Part shown: piece after piece, positions 1 to 9,818 of the stretch
Layout: every line of letters starts with the position of its first letter
Numbering within the stretch: position 1 is the first letter of the stretch
From: Candidatus Micrarchaeota archaeon
GTDB taxonomy: Archaea > Micrarchaeota > Micrarchaeia > Micrarchaeales > Micrarchaeaceae
Reading direction: 5' to 3'
Length of the DNA: 64,000 nt
Assembly (NCBI GenBank): GCA_021810105.1
Contig: JAJZJM010000001.1
Location: forward strand, 296,850-360,849
The notes under the pieces: generated by a model
Told to the model about the DNA's origin: nothing
What the model saw: the letters and a program-made list of their open reading frames with translations, nothing else
Database searches by the model: none
Translations under genes and position numbers: made by a program

Positions 1-25
1 ATGCCGATGAGATACTAAACAAGGT

Positions 26-75
26 GACATCCTCCCACCACTGAAGGTGGTGGGCTTCCAATGGCGGTTTTTTGA
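26..75. mobile_element. Possible IS200/IS605-family terminal hairpin (element end or MITE remnant)
   Basis: Perfect 8-bp stem CCCACCAC-TGAAG-GTGGTGGG (34-54) in the context CATCCTCCC...GGGCTTCC, resembling archaeal IS605-type ends; no transposase in window. Confidence 0.4.
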
Positions 76-83
76 TATTACTT

Positions 84-224
84 TGGGGCCGCCGGGATTT
101 GAACCCGGATTTGCTGGTTTCTTCATAATTTTCTTAATTCCAGATTATCATCATCGCGGTTTTCCGCTCATCTTTTGTTTAAATATCTGGAGCCAGCTGC
201 GCTGCCAGGTTACGCTACAGCCCC
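84..224 (-). tRNA. tRNA-Trp(CCA) with 68-nt intron at 37/38 (119-186)
   Basis: Reverse complement GGGGCTGTAGCGTAACCTGGCAGCGCAGCTGGCTCCAG-[intron]-ACCAGCAAATCCGGGTTCAAATCCCGGCGGCCCCA folds as a cloverleaf. Confidence 0.93.
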
Positions 225-237
225 TCAGGAAGCAGAT

Positions 238-351
238 ATGCACTGAAGATATATAATCCTTGGCTGCCTGAAATACTCTGATTGCATACTATTCTATTCG
301 ATATTGAATACAGGCATCCGAACATGCAGGCATTCTCTTTTGTGCAGGTGG
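238..351 (+). repeat. Direct repeat copy 1: 50-bp exact match to 3312-3361, then a degenerate copy of the PAP2 gene 5' end
   Basis: ATGCACTGAAGATATATAATCCTTGGCTGCCTGAAATACTCTGATTGCAT at 238-287 and 3312-3361; GAACATGCAGGCATTCTCTTTTGTGCAGGTGG vs GAACATGTGGGCGTTCTCTTTTGCGCAGATGG. Confidence 0.9.
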
Positions 352-450
352 ACGCCAATAAAATATATTTCGTCGCCAAAATGATACGGCGTTAGACGTA
401 TTATTAGCAATGTATAAGTATCAGAAACAGAATATTATGAGTACGATAAC

Positions 451-1518
451 ATGAGTGTTAGCGCGAAGGCGCCAGGCGTGTTGAAGCTTCTTGGCGAACA
501 TGCGGTTGTATATGATTATTTGGCTGTAGCGGTAGCAGTGGATAGGTTTGCGACAACTGAGATAACCTCGACCTATGGTTCTGACTTAATCATATCGCTG
601 GATGACCTAAACAAGAGCTTCACTTTCACAAGAGAAGACCTGCTTAGGATTTATAATAAGTATAGGGAAATTGGCTTCAAGAGCACTGAGGCGGTGCTAC
701 GCTTCAGAGAAGAATCTGGCATTCCTCAAGATGTGCTTCCATTTGTGCTCATTGCTGCAAGACTTGCTTACCAATATGATGTGAACGTTGCTGGAATGCA
801 CGCACATATAAGGTCTGATATACCAATCGGCAAGGGATTAGCTAGCAGCGCTGCATGCAGCACCTCATTTGCAATATCATTAGAACGCGCAGGTAAGGCG
901 ATGCTTCCGGAAAGTGACATACTTGACGTAGCAATAGATGGTGAGCGTGTTACGCACGGTAACCCTGGGGCAGGGAGGATCGATGTAAGCACATCCTATT
1001 ATGGAGGTGTGGTTAGCGTGCAAAAAGGCAGGACACCTTTTGCTAGAAAAGAGGAGATATCCAATCTGCCAGATATTATAGTAATTGATACCGGACCTAA
1101 GAAGAGCACTGCAGAGACTGTCGGGATAATATCAAAGAGAAGAGCTGTAGACCCAGATTATGCTAACCAAAGGCTCGCAGAAATAGGAAGAGCTAGCGTT
1201 GAGGGACTAGCTGCACTCCAGGAGGGAAAATTCGACACTTTGGGAAGCTGCATGAATACTTGCCAGCACATGCTTGCCGAGCTCGGAGTTTCAAGCGATG
1301 GCCTAGACATAGCGATACATAGGGCTAGAGAGGCCGGAGCATCAGGAGCCAAGCTTAGTGGTGGCGGAGGAGGAGGCGCGGCCATAGCCATAGGACCAGA
1401 CCCGAAAATGCTGATGGAAAAACTTGGGCAATCTAAGTTTAACGTGTCCACTTATGAAATATCCAATATAGGTGCAATGCATTTTCGCTATGAAAAGAAT
1501 AAAGCCAAATCGGTGTGA
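451..1518 (+). CDS. mvk: Mevalonate kinase (GHMP family)
   Basis: APGxLKLLGEHAVVY, PIGKGLASSAA, KLSGGGGGG motifs. Confidence 0.85.
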   Translation: MSVSAKAPGVLKLLGEHAVVYDYLAVAVAVDRFATTEITSTYGSDLIISLDDLNKSFTFTREDLLRIYNKYREIGFKSTEAVLRFREESGIPQDVLPFVLIAARLAYQYDVNVAGMHAHIRSDIPIGKGLASSAACSTSFAISLERAGKAMLPESDILDVAIDGERVTHGNPGAGRIDVSTSYYGGVVSVQKGRTPFARKEEISNLPDIIVIDTGPKKSTAETVGIISKRRAVDPDYANQRLAEIGRASVEGLAALQEGKFDTLGSCMNTCQHMLAELGVSSDGLDIAIHRAREAGASGAKLSGGGGGGAAIAIGPDPKMLMEKLGQSKFNVSTYEISNIGAMHFRYEKNKAKSV

Positions 1519-1521
1519 TAG

Positions 1522-2190
1522 ATGGCAATTACTAAGGGCAATGCACATGGAAGCGCTGTTGCGTATGAGAGTGTGGAATCGGAAGTGCGTTTCTTCGTAA
1601 ACAGAAAGAGGTTTCCATCAAGCAGTGCATTATTTGACGCGATTAGAAACACATTCGCGCTGGAAATAATGAAAGAGTATCAATTTACCGACATTTATTA
1701 TAGAGGACCTAATGAGAGGGTTGCTAGAGTGAGAAGGTGGGATCGGAATACGGGAATTAAGAGGCGCGCGCTTCCGATACAGGTAATAGAGTCTGAATCA
1801 AAGACTCAAGATTATAAGGGAATACCATTTAAAGTCGGCGCAAAGAAGAATGTTAAGGAATTTGATGCGCTGCGGGATGCGCAGCAGGAACTTGAAATGA
1901 ATGGTTTTGTTTACTGGATGACCATCTCCCACTCAAACGGAGTGCATTTCAGAATTATTGGAGGAAAAACGGAAAAGAGGGTTGCTATAGAGCAGGTTAC
2001 CTGCACGCAAGGATCCTCAAGCTGGTCTAGCCAGATGGCCGAACTGGAAGTGTCCAGTGAGGACAATGATACTGTAGTAAAGGAGATTACTGAATTCGCT
2101 GACAGGTTTGGCATAAGAAATGGTGAAATGCTTGGAGCATCAATGGCGAATATTGCTGAAGTAACATTTAAGAAAAAGGGATTGTTATGA
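1522..2190 (+). CDS. CYTH-like (triphosphate tunnel metalloenzyme) protein
   Basis: N-terminal ExExR (ESEVR), DIYY, RVR and C-terminal ELE motifs. Confidence 0.55.
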   Translation: MAITKGNAHGSAVAYESVESEVRFFVNRKRFPSSSALFDAIRNTFALEIMKEYQFTDIYYRGPNERVARVRRWDRNTGIKRRALPIQVIESESKTQDYKGIPFKVGAKKNVKEFDALRDAQQELEMNGFVYWMTISHSNGVHFRIIGGKTEKRVAIEQVTCTQGSSSWSSQMAELEVSSEDNDTVVKEITEFADRFGIRNGEMLGASMANIAEVTFKKKGLL

Positions 2191-2960
2191 AACTTGTATT
2201 TTTCGGTGCGGGAGAGGCATTCCATGATTTCAAGGGCAACATATCGATGCTAGCAATGGGAGAAAAGAACCTACTGTTAGATTGCGGCTACAACATACCG
2301 CAAAGGTTCTGGCAGGCTTATCCAGACAAAGATTTCCTTGATGCTGTGTTTGTAAGCCACTTCCATGGAGACCATGTAGCAGGACTTCCTATGCTCGTGA
2401 TGAGAATGAGGCAGGATAAACGCACGAAGCCGCTGCTGTTGATAGGTCCGGAGGGGTTCGAGGCATCCTTCAAACGGCTATATGATACGCTTTACAAGGG
2501 ATTCCTAGAAGTAAGCGGGTTCCCGATAGAGTTCAAGGAGATCCGGGGAGGCAGCAAACTTTCGGTTGGCAGCATGAATCTCTCCTTTGCGGATGCAAGC
2601 CACCTCGTAGGAACGCAATTCTTCGTCCCAACAGCAGCAATCAGAGTGGATTCCGATGGCAGCTCTTTCTGCTACTCATCAGATACGACATATACCGACA
2701 GGATTGCAGAGCTAGCAAAAGGCTGCAACATGCTTATACATGATTCTTTCATGCCTGCAAGCGCAGAATATCACAAGAGAATGCCCGCACATTCATCACC
2801 GACGGATGCCGGAAGGGTAGCAAAGTATGCAGGAGTGAAGAGACTTGCGCTATTCAACATACACAGGACTCTGGGAGATGCGGCCGCATTGAAAGAGGCT
2901 GGTAGCGAGTTCGATGGGGAAATAGTAACGCCGTCTGAAGGAGATTCGTTTGATATTTGA
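2187..2960 (+). CDS. Metallo-beta-lactamase fold hydrolase (RNase Z-like)
   Basis: LLDCG, SHFHGDH, YSSDT, AHSS motifs. Confidence 0.85.
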   Translation: MKLVFFGAGEAFHDFKGNISMLAMGEKNLLLDCGYNIPQRFWQAYPDKDFLDAVFVSHFHGDHVAGLPMLVMRMRQDKRTKPLLLIGPEGFEASFKRLYDTLYKGFLEVSGFPIEFKEIRGGSKLSVGSMNLSFADASHLVGTQFFVPTAAIRVDSDGSSFCYSSDTTYTDRIAELAKGCNMLIHDSFMPASAEYHKRMPAHSSPTDAGRVAKYAGVKRLALFNIHRTLGDAAALKEAGSEFDGEIVTPSEGDSFDI

Positions 2961-2969
2961 CGGGGTCTC

Positions 2970-3260
2970 ATGACAAATTTTGAAGTAAACGCATCCGCTC
3001 CAGGAAAAATATTATGGCTTGGAGGATATTCGGTGATGGAAAGGCCTAATGTTGGTTTCGTTACGACTATAGACCAGCATGTACACGTGATAGCCAGAAG
3101 CAATACTGATAACACTGTGTTGATAAATGCACCGCAGCTAGTTCCGGAAATTGTGCGAGGCGTGGTAGATACTAAAACCGGCAAGATAACTGTGGAGGGG
3201 GCTATCAATTTCCAGGTCAACTTAGTAAGGCAAATGGTTCGAATTAAACAAAGCATTTAG
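2970..3260 (+). pseudogene. Truncated phosphomevalonate kinase-like GHMP kinase (N-terminal fragment)
   Basis: SAPGKILWLGGYSV start typical of PMK; ends after 96 aa without the GLGSS ATP loop, about 50 bp before the direct repeat. Confidence 0.7.
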
Positions 3261-3311
3261 GAATTATCAGAGGAGAAGGGCGTTAACCGGATGACCTATC
3301 AAGGATCTGAA

Positions 3312-3361
3312 ATGCACTGAAGATATATAATCCTTGGCTGCCTGAAATACTCTGATTGCAT
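3312..3361 (+). repeat. Direct repeat copy 2; carries TATA-like promoter and start of the PAP2 gene
   Basis: Exact 50-bp match to 238-287; contains GATATATAAT. Confidence 0.9.
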
Positions 3362-3932
3362 GCTATTCAACCCTGGGAGCATATCTCTGAACATGTGGGC
3401 GTTCTCTTTTGCGCAGATGGTTGCCAGCCCACTTCTTACTAAGATAATGGCGATATTGGGAAGCAGCTTCTATATTATATTGCCTGCCGTTGCGCTTTAC
3501 CTTTATTTCAGGAAGGACATGAATGCCTATTCTTTTGTTGTTGCCGTTGTCCTTTTTTTCATAGTGTCAGACCTTCTCAAGATGCTGCTTGCGGAACCTA
3601 GGCCATGTAGCACAGGAATAGGAACGTGGCTGAATGGAATGGTAAGCTGCGAGAGCAGCTACTCCCTGCCAAGCAACCATGCCAGCGTTCTTACAGGGCT
3701 CACATTCTTCATGGGAAAATACAGGTATGTGCAGGCCCTCTACATAATATGGCTGGTCCTGATACTCTTTGGAAGAGTCTACCTTGCTGCGCATTACCTG
3801 ACAGATGTGATTGCCGGGGTGGTATTGAGCATAGTTTTATATTATTTGATATCAAAAGTGAAAAACAGGATAAACCACATGATTAATGGAGTGGTAAAGA
3901 AGATCCTGCCTTTTCTCGCGATAAAGGAGTGA
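3360..3932 (+). CDS. PAP2-family membrane lipid phosphatase
   Basis: Kxxxxxx[18 protein letters not shown] motifs; hydrophobic helices. Confidence 0.9.
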   Translation: MLFNPGSISLNMWAFSFAQMVASPLLTKIMAILGSSFYIILPAVALYLYFRKDMNAYSFVVAVVLFFIVSDLLKMLLAEPRPCSTGIGTWLNGMVSCESSYSLPSNHASVLTGLTFFMGKYRYVQALYIIWLVLILFGRVYLAAHYLTDVIAGVVLSIVLYYLISKVKNRINHMINGVVKKILPFLAIKE

Positions 3933-3936
3933 CTTT

Positions 3937-4734
3937 TTGAAAAAGAATATGATATACGGGGTTGTAGTTGTTGTAATAATAGTCGCAGCCATAGTGCTTG
4001 TACTTTCCAATAGCTCGTCTGGATCGCAGACTGCACTGATAGCATTCGATAATCAGCCAGTTAATGCTACACAAATTTCTGCTATGGAAAGTATAGCATC
4101 CAACATGACTCTTGCCAACAAGGTTGGAGCCGGATTCATGACATCTTATCCAAAGAACATATCAGGACAGAACGTTACAATGGTTGGCGGAAAACCAGCA
4201 GTCATATACGTAGGAGCTGATTTCTGTCCATTCTGTGCAATAACAAGATGGGGCTTCATAATTGCGCTCATGCGATTTGGGACATTCAGCAAGCTAAACT
4301 ACATGACTTCGAGTTCAAGCTCTACAGAGCCTTTCAGGACGGTTCCCACATTTACATTCTATAATTCATCTTACAGCAGCACGCTCATATCATTCGTTCC
4401 TGCTGAAATAGAGACAAACACATACCAGCCATTGCAGACCCTGAATGCCCTGCAGAATGCGGCAGCGAGCACATATGATACAGGAGGCTCAATACCTTTC
4501 ATAGATTTCGGCAACCAGAGCGTACAGATAGGAGTCCCGCAGAGCGTCTCACCCGGTTATCTTAAGAACTTGAACTGGGGGCAGATAATTGCGCTCATGC
4601 AACAGAGCAACTCTACAGTCTCACAGGCGCTGATGGGGCAGGCAAATGTTTTTACAGCACAGATATGCAGGATGGATGGATACCAGCCATCTTCGGTATG
4701 CAGCCAACCTTTTGTAAAGGAGATATTGTCTTAG
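3937..4734 (+). CDS. DUF929-like membrane-anchored thioredoxin-fold protein
   Basis: N-terminal [30 protein letters not shown]. Confidence 0.75.
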   Translation: MKKNMIYGVVVVVIIVAAIVLVLSNSSSGSQTALIAFDNQPVNATQISAMESIASNMTLANKVGAGFMTSYPKNISGQNVTMVGGKPAVIYVGADFCPFCAITRWGFIIALMRFGTFSKLNYMTSSSSSTEPFRTVPTFTFYNSSYSSTLISFVPAEIETNTYQPLQTLNALQNAAASTYDTGGSIPFIDFGNQSVQIGVPQSVSPGYLKNLNWGQIIALMQQSNSTVSQALMGQANVFTAQICRMDGYQPSSVCSQPFVKEILS

Positions 4735-6155
4735 CAGACTCTTGAACCCTTCAGCATACTGTTTGCAGTCTCTCTATGCTTATCTATAATGTTATTCTCC
4801 TCTAGCCTGTCAAGAGCGAGATTGTACAGTTCGTCCTTCTTCTTCCCAAAGAAATGTATTAACTTCATATCTCCTCTGTATATTGCTGTTGCTTTCTTGT
4901 TGTAGTGCATCTTTGCAGCGTATATCTTTTTGGCTGCTGATGATTTTTTCTTCAAAAGGTAGAGCAGGTGCTCGTCCCAGCCTTCGCTTATTCCAGTATG
5001 CTCTGATATCACATACCTTGATGCGCGCATGTTGCCATCTAGACGGCTATATCTGCCATTTGAAATATCGATTATTCCCTGATGGAGCTGTAGAAGGCTT
5101 ACTGGGCTTTCTACCTCTTCGTGGTATGAAAGGGGCTTTCCGTTTTTATAGTTTGTTGCTATGAGAGGGACCTTTGAGACTCCTTCGTATGGCGGCATCG
5201 CATGATAAAGAGCGCCATGTTCTCCGAAAAGCTGCCCATGATCGGATGTTATTACCAGAGTTGCGTCCTCGAGCACTCCTTTTTTCTTTAGTATAGACAC
5301 TGTCTCTTTTACCTGTGTATCCAGATATGATAGCCTCTTTACGTAAGCGTTGTGCATCTGCTTTGTAATATCATCGCCCATCTCTTCTATGCCGCTGAGG
5401 TAAAGCCATTTATCCTGAACCGCTTTCTTGTTCCTCAGAGGATAGTTCTCGTGCGCTTCTATATAGTTTATGAATATGAACTGGGGGTAATAGCTTTGGC
5501 CGTATTTGAGATGCGATGTTAGCAGTTTGTTTGTATCGCTTGCCCCCCTGTCAAGCTTGTGAGTGCCGTCGGCTTTTGCCACGCCTCTGCTCATCTTTAG
5601 CCTTAAATTAAGATAAATGCGGTCTAGAGCTTTTGGCGGGAGCATTTTGGAGACCGCATAGCTTGCCTTGAAAAGCTTTGACCTTGTCTTCGCTCCGCCA
5701 TTTAAGATAAAAGCAAACCTATCGACAATTTTTGGGTTGTACTTTATGTTTGATTTTAGCCAGACGTCGTAAACCTTATCGAAACCTATTGCGAGGTTAG
5801 TGTTGCTTGTAAGAAAGGGATTATTTGAAAATAATGTGGAATTATATCCGCTGCAGGAAAGCTTTTCAGCTATAGTTGCAGTGTCCCGCTCGAGAAATTT
5901 TGTTTTCACCATCCAGGGGTCTATTTTTTTAGAGCCTCCCTTGAAGAAATCCTGGGAGACAAGTTTAAGCTTTGATACCTTGCTATTTGCGAAAAGTGCG
6001 GCATGGGTTGGAGCGGTCCATGTGCCAGGAGCTACCGTATTTGTGTATTTTGTCCCGTATGAGGCAAGCCTATTTATGAAAGGCAGCTTGCTGTTGTCAT
6101 ATACGTCGGATGCTCTGGCGGTGTCAAGCAGGAGCACCACTATGTTCTTCTTCAT
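4731..6155 (-). CDS. Sulfatase-like hydrolase/transferase (alkaline phosphatase superfamily)
   Basis: [38 protein letters not shown]. Confidence 0.85.
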   Translation of the reverse strand: MKKNIVVLLLDTARASDVYDNSKLPFINRLASYGTKYTNTVAPGTWTAPTHAALFANSKVSKLKLVSQDFFKGGSKKIDPWMVKTKFLERDTATIAEKLSCSGYNSTLFSNNPFLTSNTNLAIGFDKVYDVWLKSNIKYNPKIVDRFAFILNGGAKTRSKLFKASYAVSKMLPPKALDRIYLNLRLKMSRGVAKADGTHKLDRGASDTNKLLTSHLKYGQSYYPQFIFINYIEAHENYPLRNKKAVQDKWLYLSGIEEMGDDITKQMHNAYVKRLSYLDTQVKETVSILKKKGVLEDATLVITSDHGQLFGEHGALYHAMPPYEGVSKVPLIATNYKNGKPLSYHEEVESPVSLLQLHQGIIDISNGRYSRLDGNMRASRYVISEHTGISEGWDEHLLYLLKKKSSAAKKIYAAKMHYNKKATAIYRGDMKLIHFFGKKKDELYNLALDRLEENNIIDKHRETANSMLKGSRVC

Positions 6156-6228
6156 AATCCTCTATTTAATCTGGAGGTATATTAATATTCATTGTTATCA
6201 TAAGGTTTTGTTACACTCTGTGATTTAG

Positions 6229-7383
6229 ATGGATATCTGTGTTCTTAACCCGTTCTTTTACCCCTATCCAGGAGGCACAGAGAAAGTGCTCCTTGAGATA
6301 TACAGAAGGATGGCTAAGAGGCACAATATAACCGTGATATCAGCTGCGCTAAAGGCAGGGCAGAAAGATTCTGTTGAGGATATATACGGAATAAATGTGA
6401 TTCGCCTCAAGACCTCCTATATAGATGTACCCATACTCCCAATGCCGTTCCCTGTAACTATGGGCCTTAGGGATGCGATATCTAAGCAAAAGGCAGACAT
6501 ATACCACATAAACAATAGACATGTTTATTTTGGCGATACCGTAAAGTGCATAAAAAGGTCTGGAGGCAAGATGGCACTTACCCTTCATGATGCGATACCT
6601 AAGAACATAGATCCATTCACAGACAATGGAGGGTATGTTTACGATATGTTATGGGGCAGGAGGCTCATAGAGCACTCTGATGTCATAACTGGCGTGTCAA
6701 GAGATACGATTGCAACAACGGTACCGAATAACCTTATCGGCAAATGCAATGTGATATACAATGGCGTAGATTTCGGTAAATACAGGCCAAGAGCAAAGAA
6801 CAGCGCATTTAAGATAATGAAAAGGCTTGGAATTAGCAAGGATTCTTTCGTAGTGCTTAATAATGGAAGGTTGATAAACCAGAAAGGGCAGATCTATTTA
6901 ATCCGTGCGATTGCAGAGCTTGCCAAGGAAAGGGGCGATATTGTATTGAATATAATAGGCAGAGGAAGCCTTAAGGACACATTCCTATACATGGCGAGAG
7001 ACCTTGGAATTTCTGACAGAATGAGAATATGCTCTGGCATACCTGAGAACGAAATGCCTTATTACTACAACATGTCTTCAGTATTTGTTTCAGCATCTTT
7101 GTACGAACCTGCATCGATATCCATAATGGAAGCGCTGGCAAGCGGGATTCCAGTAGTTGCGACAAAGGTTGGTGGGGTGCCGGAGACTATGAAAGGCAGG
7201 GGAATATATGTAAAGCCGAGAAGCATAAACGGAATCAAGAGAGGAATTGAGAGATTTATTGACAACCAAAAAGAGGCCAGGAGAATAGGCATGAAGGGAA
7301 GAGAACTTATGATTAAGGAGCATGATTGGAACCTGATTTCGAAGAAATATGAGACTGTGTTCGAATCAACTGTGAGGAAATAG
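6229..7383 (+). CDS. Glycosyltransferase family 4
   Basis: GGTE, IYNGVD, GRL..QKG, EPASISIMEALASG. Confidence 0.92.
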   Translation: MDICVLNPFFYPYPGGTEKVLLEIYRRMAKRHNITVISAALKAGQKDSVEDIYGINVIRLKTSYIDVPILPMPFPVTMGLRDAISKQKADIYHINNRHVYFGDTVKCIKRSGGKMALTLHDAIPKNIDPFTDNGGYVYDMLWGRRLIEHSDVITGVSRDTIATTVPNNLIGKCNVIYNGVDFGKYRPRAKNSAFKIMKRLGISKDSFVVLNNGRLINQKGQIYLIRAIAELAKERGDIVLNIIGRGSLKDTFLYMARDLGISDRMRICSGIPENEMPYYYNMSSVFVSASLYEPASISIMEALASGIPVVATKVGGVPETMKGRGIYVKPRSINGIKRGIERFIDNQKEARRIGMKGRELMIKEHDWNLISKKYETVFESTVRK

Positions 7384-7384
7384 C

Positions 7385-8422
7385 GTGCCTAAGAAAAAAT
7401 CTTTTTGGTATAGCATAACGCACCAGACCAACCTTGACAAGGAAAGCTACCTGAAAATAGTTAAGAGGATATCTATATTCGTAGGGATAGGCTTTGGCGC
7501 AAGCATCTTGGTCTTCTTTTTGATAGCGTGGTTTGGAGGGTTCAGCAATGTTTTGAGCTACATATCAGAAGTGAAACTCGACATATACGCTTTAGCTTTC
7601 GTAGCTGTTGTGGCAAGCCTCCTTCTCAGGTTCATAAAATGGAATTACTACATGAAAGTGCTGAAATTGAAAGTTCCTTTGAAAAAGAGCATGGCGGTTT
7701 ACCTCTCAATGTATTCTATGTCCATAACTCCGGGCAATATAGGGCGGGTTGTTGCGGCTTACACTCTGAACAGGCTTACAAAAATAAAATTTGCAAAAAT
7801 AATACCAATAGTAACTATGGACATTTTTACCGATTTCTTGGGCTTTGGCATACTTGCACTGCTTGCTGCATTATACTTCCATGAATACGTAATCTACATA
7901 CTTGCACTTGACATATTGCTTCTGCTGCCGTTCCTCTTCCTGCTAAACAGCTGGATGTATAGGAAGATAAAGAAGGTAATGGGGCGCAACAAATTCATAA
8001 AGAATTTTACCCCTTATGGAGAGGAGTATTTCCTATCTCAGAACAAGTTAAACTCTCCTAAGACATACCTGATATCTGTCTTTGTCACCCTTCCGGCCGC
8101 TTTCTTCAATTCCCTTACTCTGTATTTTTCGCTTCTTGCGCTAGGCATAGTTGCACCTTTATCAGGGACTGTATTCATATATTCTTCATCTACGATATTC
8201 GGAATGGCTACAGCAATACCAGGAAGCATAGGTGTCACTGACGGATCAATAGTTGCGCTTCTTGGAGGAATACTCAAATTGTCTCCAAGCATCAGCTCTG
8301 CGGTAACGATATTGGGAAGGACTGCAGACCTATGGTTCAGTGTGATTTTGGGGATAGTGTTCTTCTTTATAACACTACGATACTGGACAGAATCTGTACA
8401 GAAGAAAGGAGGTAAAAAATAG
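7385..8422 (+). CDS. Lysylphosphatidylglycerol synthase TM / flippase-like membrane protein (UPF0104)
   Basis: Polytopic; RFIKW, TPGNIG, PGSIGVTD motifs. Confidence 0.8.
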   Translation: MPKKKSFWYSITHQTNLDKESYLKIVKRISIFVGIGFGASILVFFLIAWFGGFSNVLSYISEVKLDIYALAFVAVVASLLLRFIKWNYYMKVLKLKVPLKKSMAVYLSMYSMSITPGNIGRVVAAYTLNRLTKIKFAKIIPIVTMDIFTDFLGFGILALLAALYFHEYVIYILALDILLLLPFLFLLNSWMYRKIKKVMGRNKFIKNFTPYGEEYFLSQNKLNSPKTYLISVFVTLPAAFFNSLTLYFSLLALGIVAPLSGTVFIYSSSTIFGMATAIPGSIGVTDGSIVALLGGILKLSPSISSAVTILGRTADLWFSVILGIVFFFITLRYWTESVQKKGGKK

Positions 8423-8433
8423 GGAATGCCTGT

Positions 8434-8790
8434 TTACATATCCTCTTCTTCTGGCGCGTCCTGCTCGTCAGGGCTTGCGCTCTGGGCAGATCCATCTCCC
8501 TTTTCTACCACCTTTATCTTTCCGAACTTTCCTGTGGAAAGCTGGGGTGTGCCTCTGAACTCGCTAACATAGCCATTAGACACTTCTATTGTGTCTCCCT
8601 GGTTGACCTCGCCTATTGTGTCACCCCATAATGACATTGCTATTGTTCCTGAATCATCTTCTAGAGTTATGTTTGCAACGCTTAGCCTTTTTCCATATTT
8701 TGTAACTACTTCTCTAGGTTCATCCTTCTGTACAACCTTTGCCGTTACGGTCACATTGCTTGCTCCTGCTTTCAGTTCGCTTATTTTCAT
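8434..8790 (-). CDS. ssb: Single-stranded DNA-binding protein (single OB fold, acidic tail)
   Basis: MKISELK.G, D.SG.I...LWG, GYVSEFRG..QL. Confidence 0.85.
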   Translation of the reverse strand: MKISELKAGASNVTVTAKVVQKDEPREVVTKYGKRLSVANITLEDDSGTIAMSLWGDTIGEVNQGDTIEVSNGYVSEFRGTPQLSTGKFGKIKVVEKGDGSAQSASPDEQDAPEEEDM

Positions 8791-8887
8791 TATATCACTT
8801 TTCTTGTTAACAACTAAAACTAGTGTTTAGAGATATATTGCATTGTAAGAATTTAATAATCTTGCGCAGGAATGATGATTGTTTATT

Positions 8888-9718
8888 ATGGAGAATACAT
8901 CTTCACAGGAACTGCCCAAAGGGGCGCACCCCTCCTTTCTCAATGTGCTCAGAGCAAAGGAGAGAGTAAAGCAAAATATGGCAAATGTCAAGCATAAGAT
9001 AGGCGTTTACAGTGCCAAGGGAGGCGTGGGTAAGACCACTGTGGCAATAAATCTGGCATACGCACTTTCACAGAAAAATCTTCGTGTTGGTCTTTTGGAT
9101 GCAGACATCGACTGCCCTAATGTGACCATGTTTCTCGGAATAGATGAGAAGATAGATCCGCATGCCCCATTAAAACTGCCAGTTAAGGATGGAGTAAAGA
9201 TTGCTTCCACAGCTATGCTTGTAGATGAACTAAAGAAACCGATAATATGGAGAGGCCCTTTGATAACCAAGATGCTAAGTGATTTTTTCGAGCATGCAGA
9301 TTGGGGGGAGCTGGATTACCTTGTGCTTGATCTTAGCCCTGGCACATCTGATGCGCCATTGACAATAATGCAGCTCCTTGACCTTGATGGTTTCGTTATA
9401 GTCACCACCCCGCAGAAGATAGCAGGATTAAACTCGATAAGATCCGGGCTTATGGCAAAGCGCCTAGGAGTTCATATTTTAGGTGTTGTTGAGAACATGT
9501 CATCAGGAGAGCCAAGCCAAAGCACACTCGACGTTGTAGCTGCTCTCGGGACTGAATTCCTTGGCTGTATAAAAAGAGATGATCTTTTCAACAGGTTGAG
9601 CGACTCTGGAACTGTACCCGTGTTGGCAGAGAAGCGTATTAAAGAGGATTTTGACGCTTTTGTAAGCAGGCTTTTAGGGCATGGAGTGAATTCAAATCCG
9701 GAAGCCCGCAAGGCATAG
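8888..9718 (+). CDS. Mrp/NBP35-family P-loop ATPase lacking the C-terminal CxxC
   Basis: SAKGGVGKTT, IIWRGP, W.ELDYL..D..PGTSD, VTTPQ, GVVENMS. Confidence 0.85.
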   Translation: MENTSSQELPKGAHPSFLNVLRAKERVKQNMANVKHKIGVYSAKGGVGKTTVAINLAYALSQKNLRVGLLDADIDCPNVTMFLGIDEKIDPHAPLKLPVKDGVKIASTAMLVDELKKPIIWRGPLITKMLSDFFEHADWGELDYLVLDLSPGTSDAPLTIMQLLDLDGFVIVTTPQKIAGLNSIRSGLMAKRLGVHILGVVENMSSGEPSQSTLDVVAALGTEFLGCIKRDDLFNRLSDSGTVPVLAEKRIKEDFDAFVSRLLGHGVNSNPEARKA

Positions 9719-9818
9719 AGAAAGGCAATTTTACCGAGAGACTCTTTGCAGGAATTACGCGGAAAAACGGCAAAAAAAACATATAAATATCTGGAAAGGC
9801 GTAAAACTTATAGATTAT

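Noticed and set aside
47..256. 69-aa ORF
   Set aside because: It overlaps tRNA-Trp on the opposite strand.
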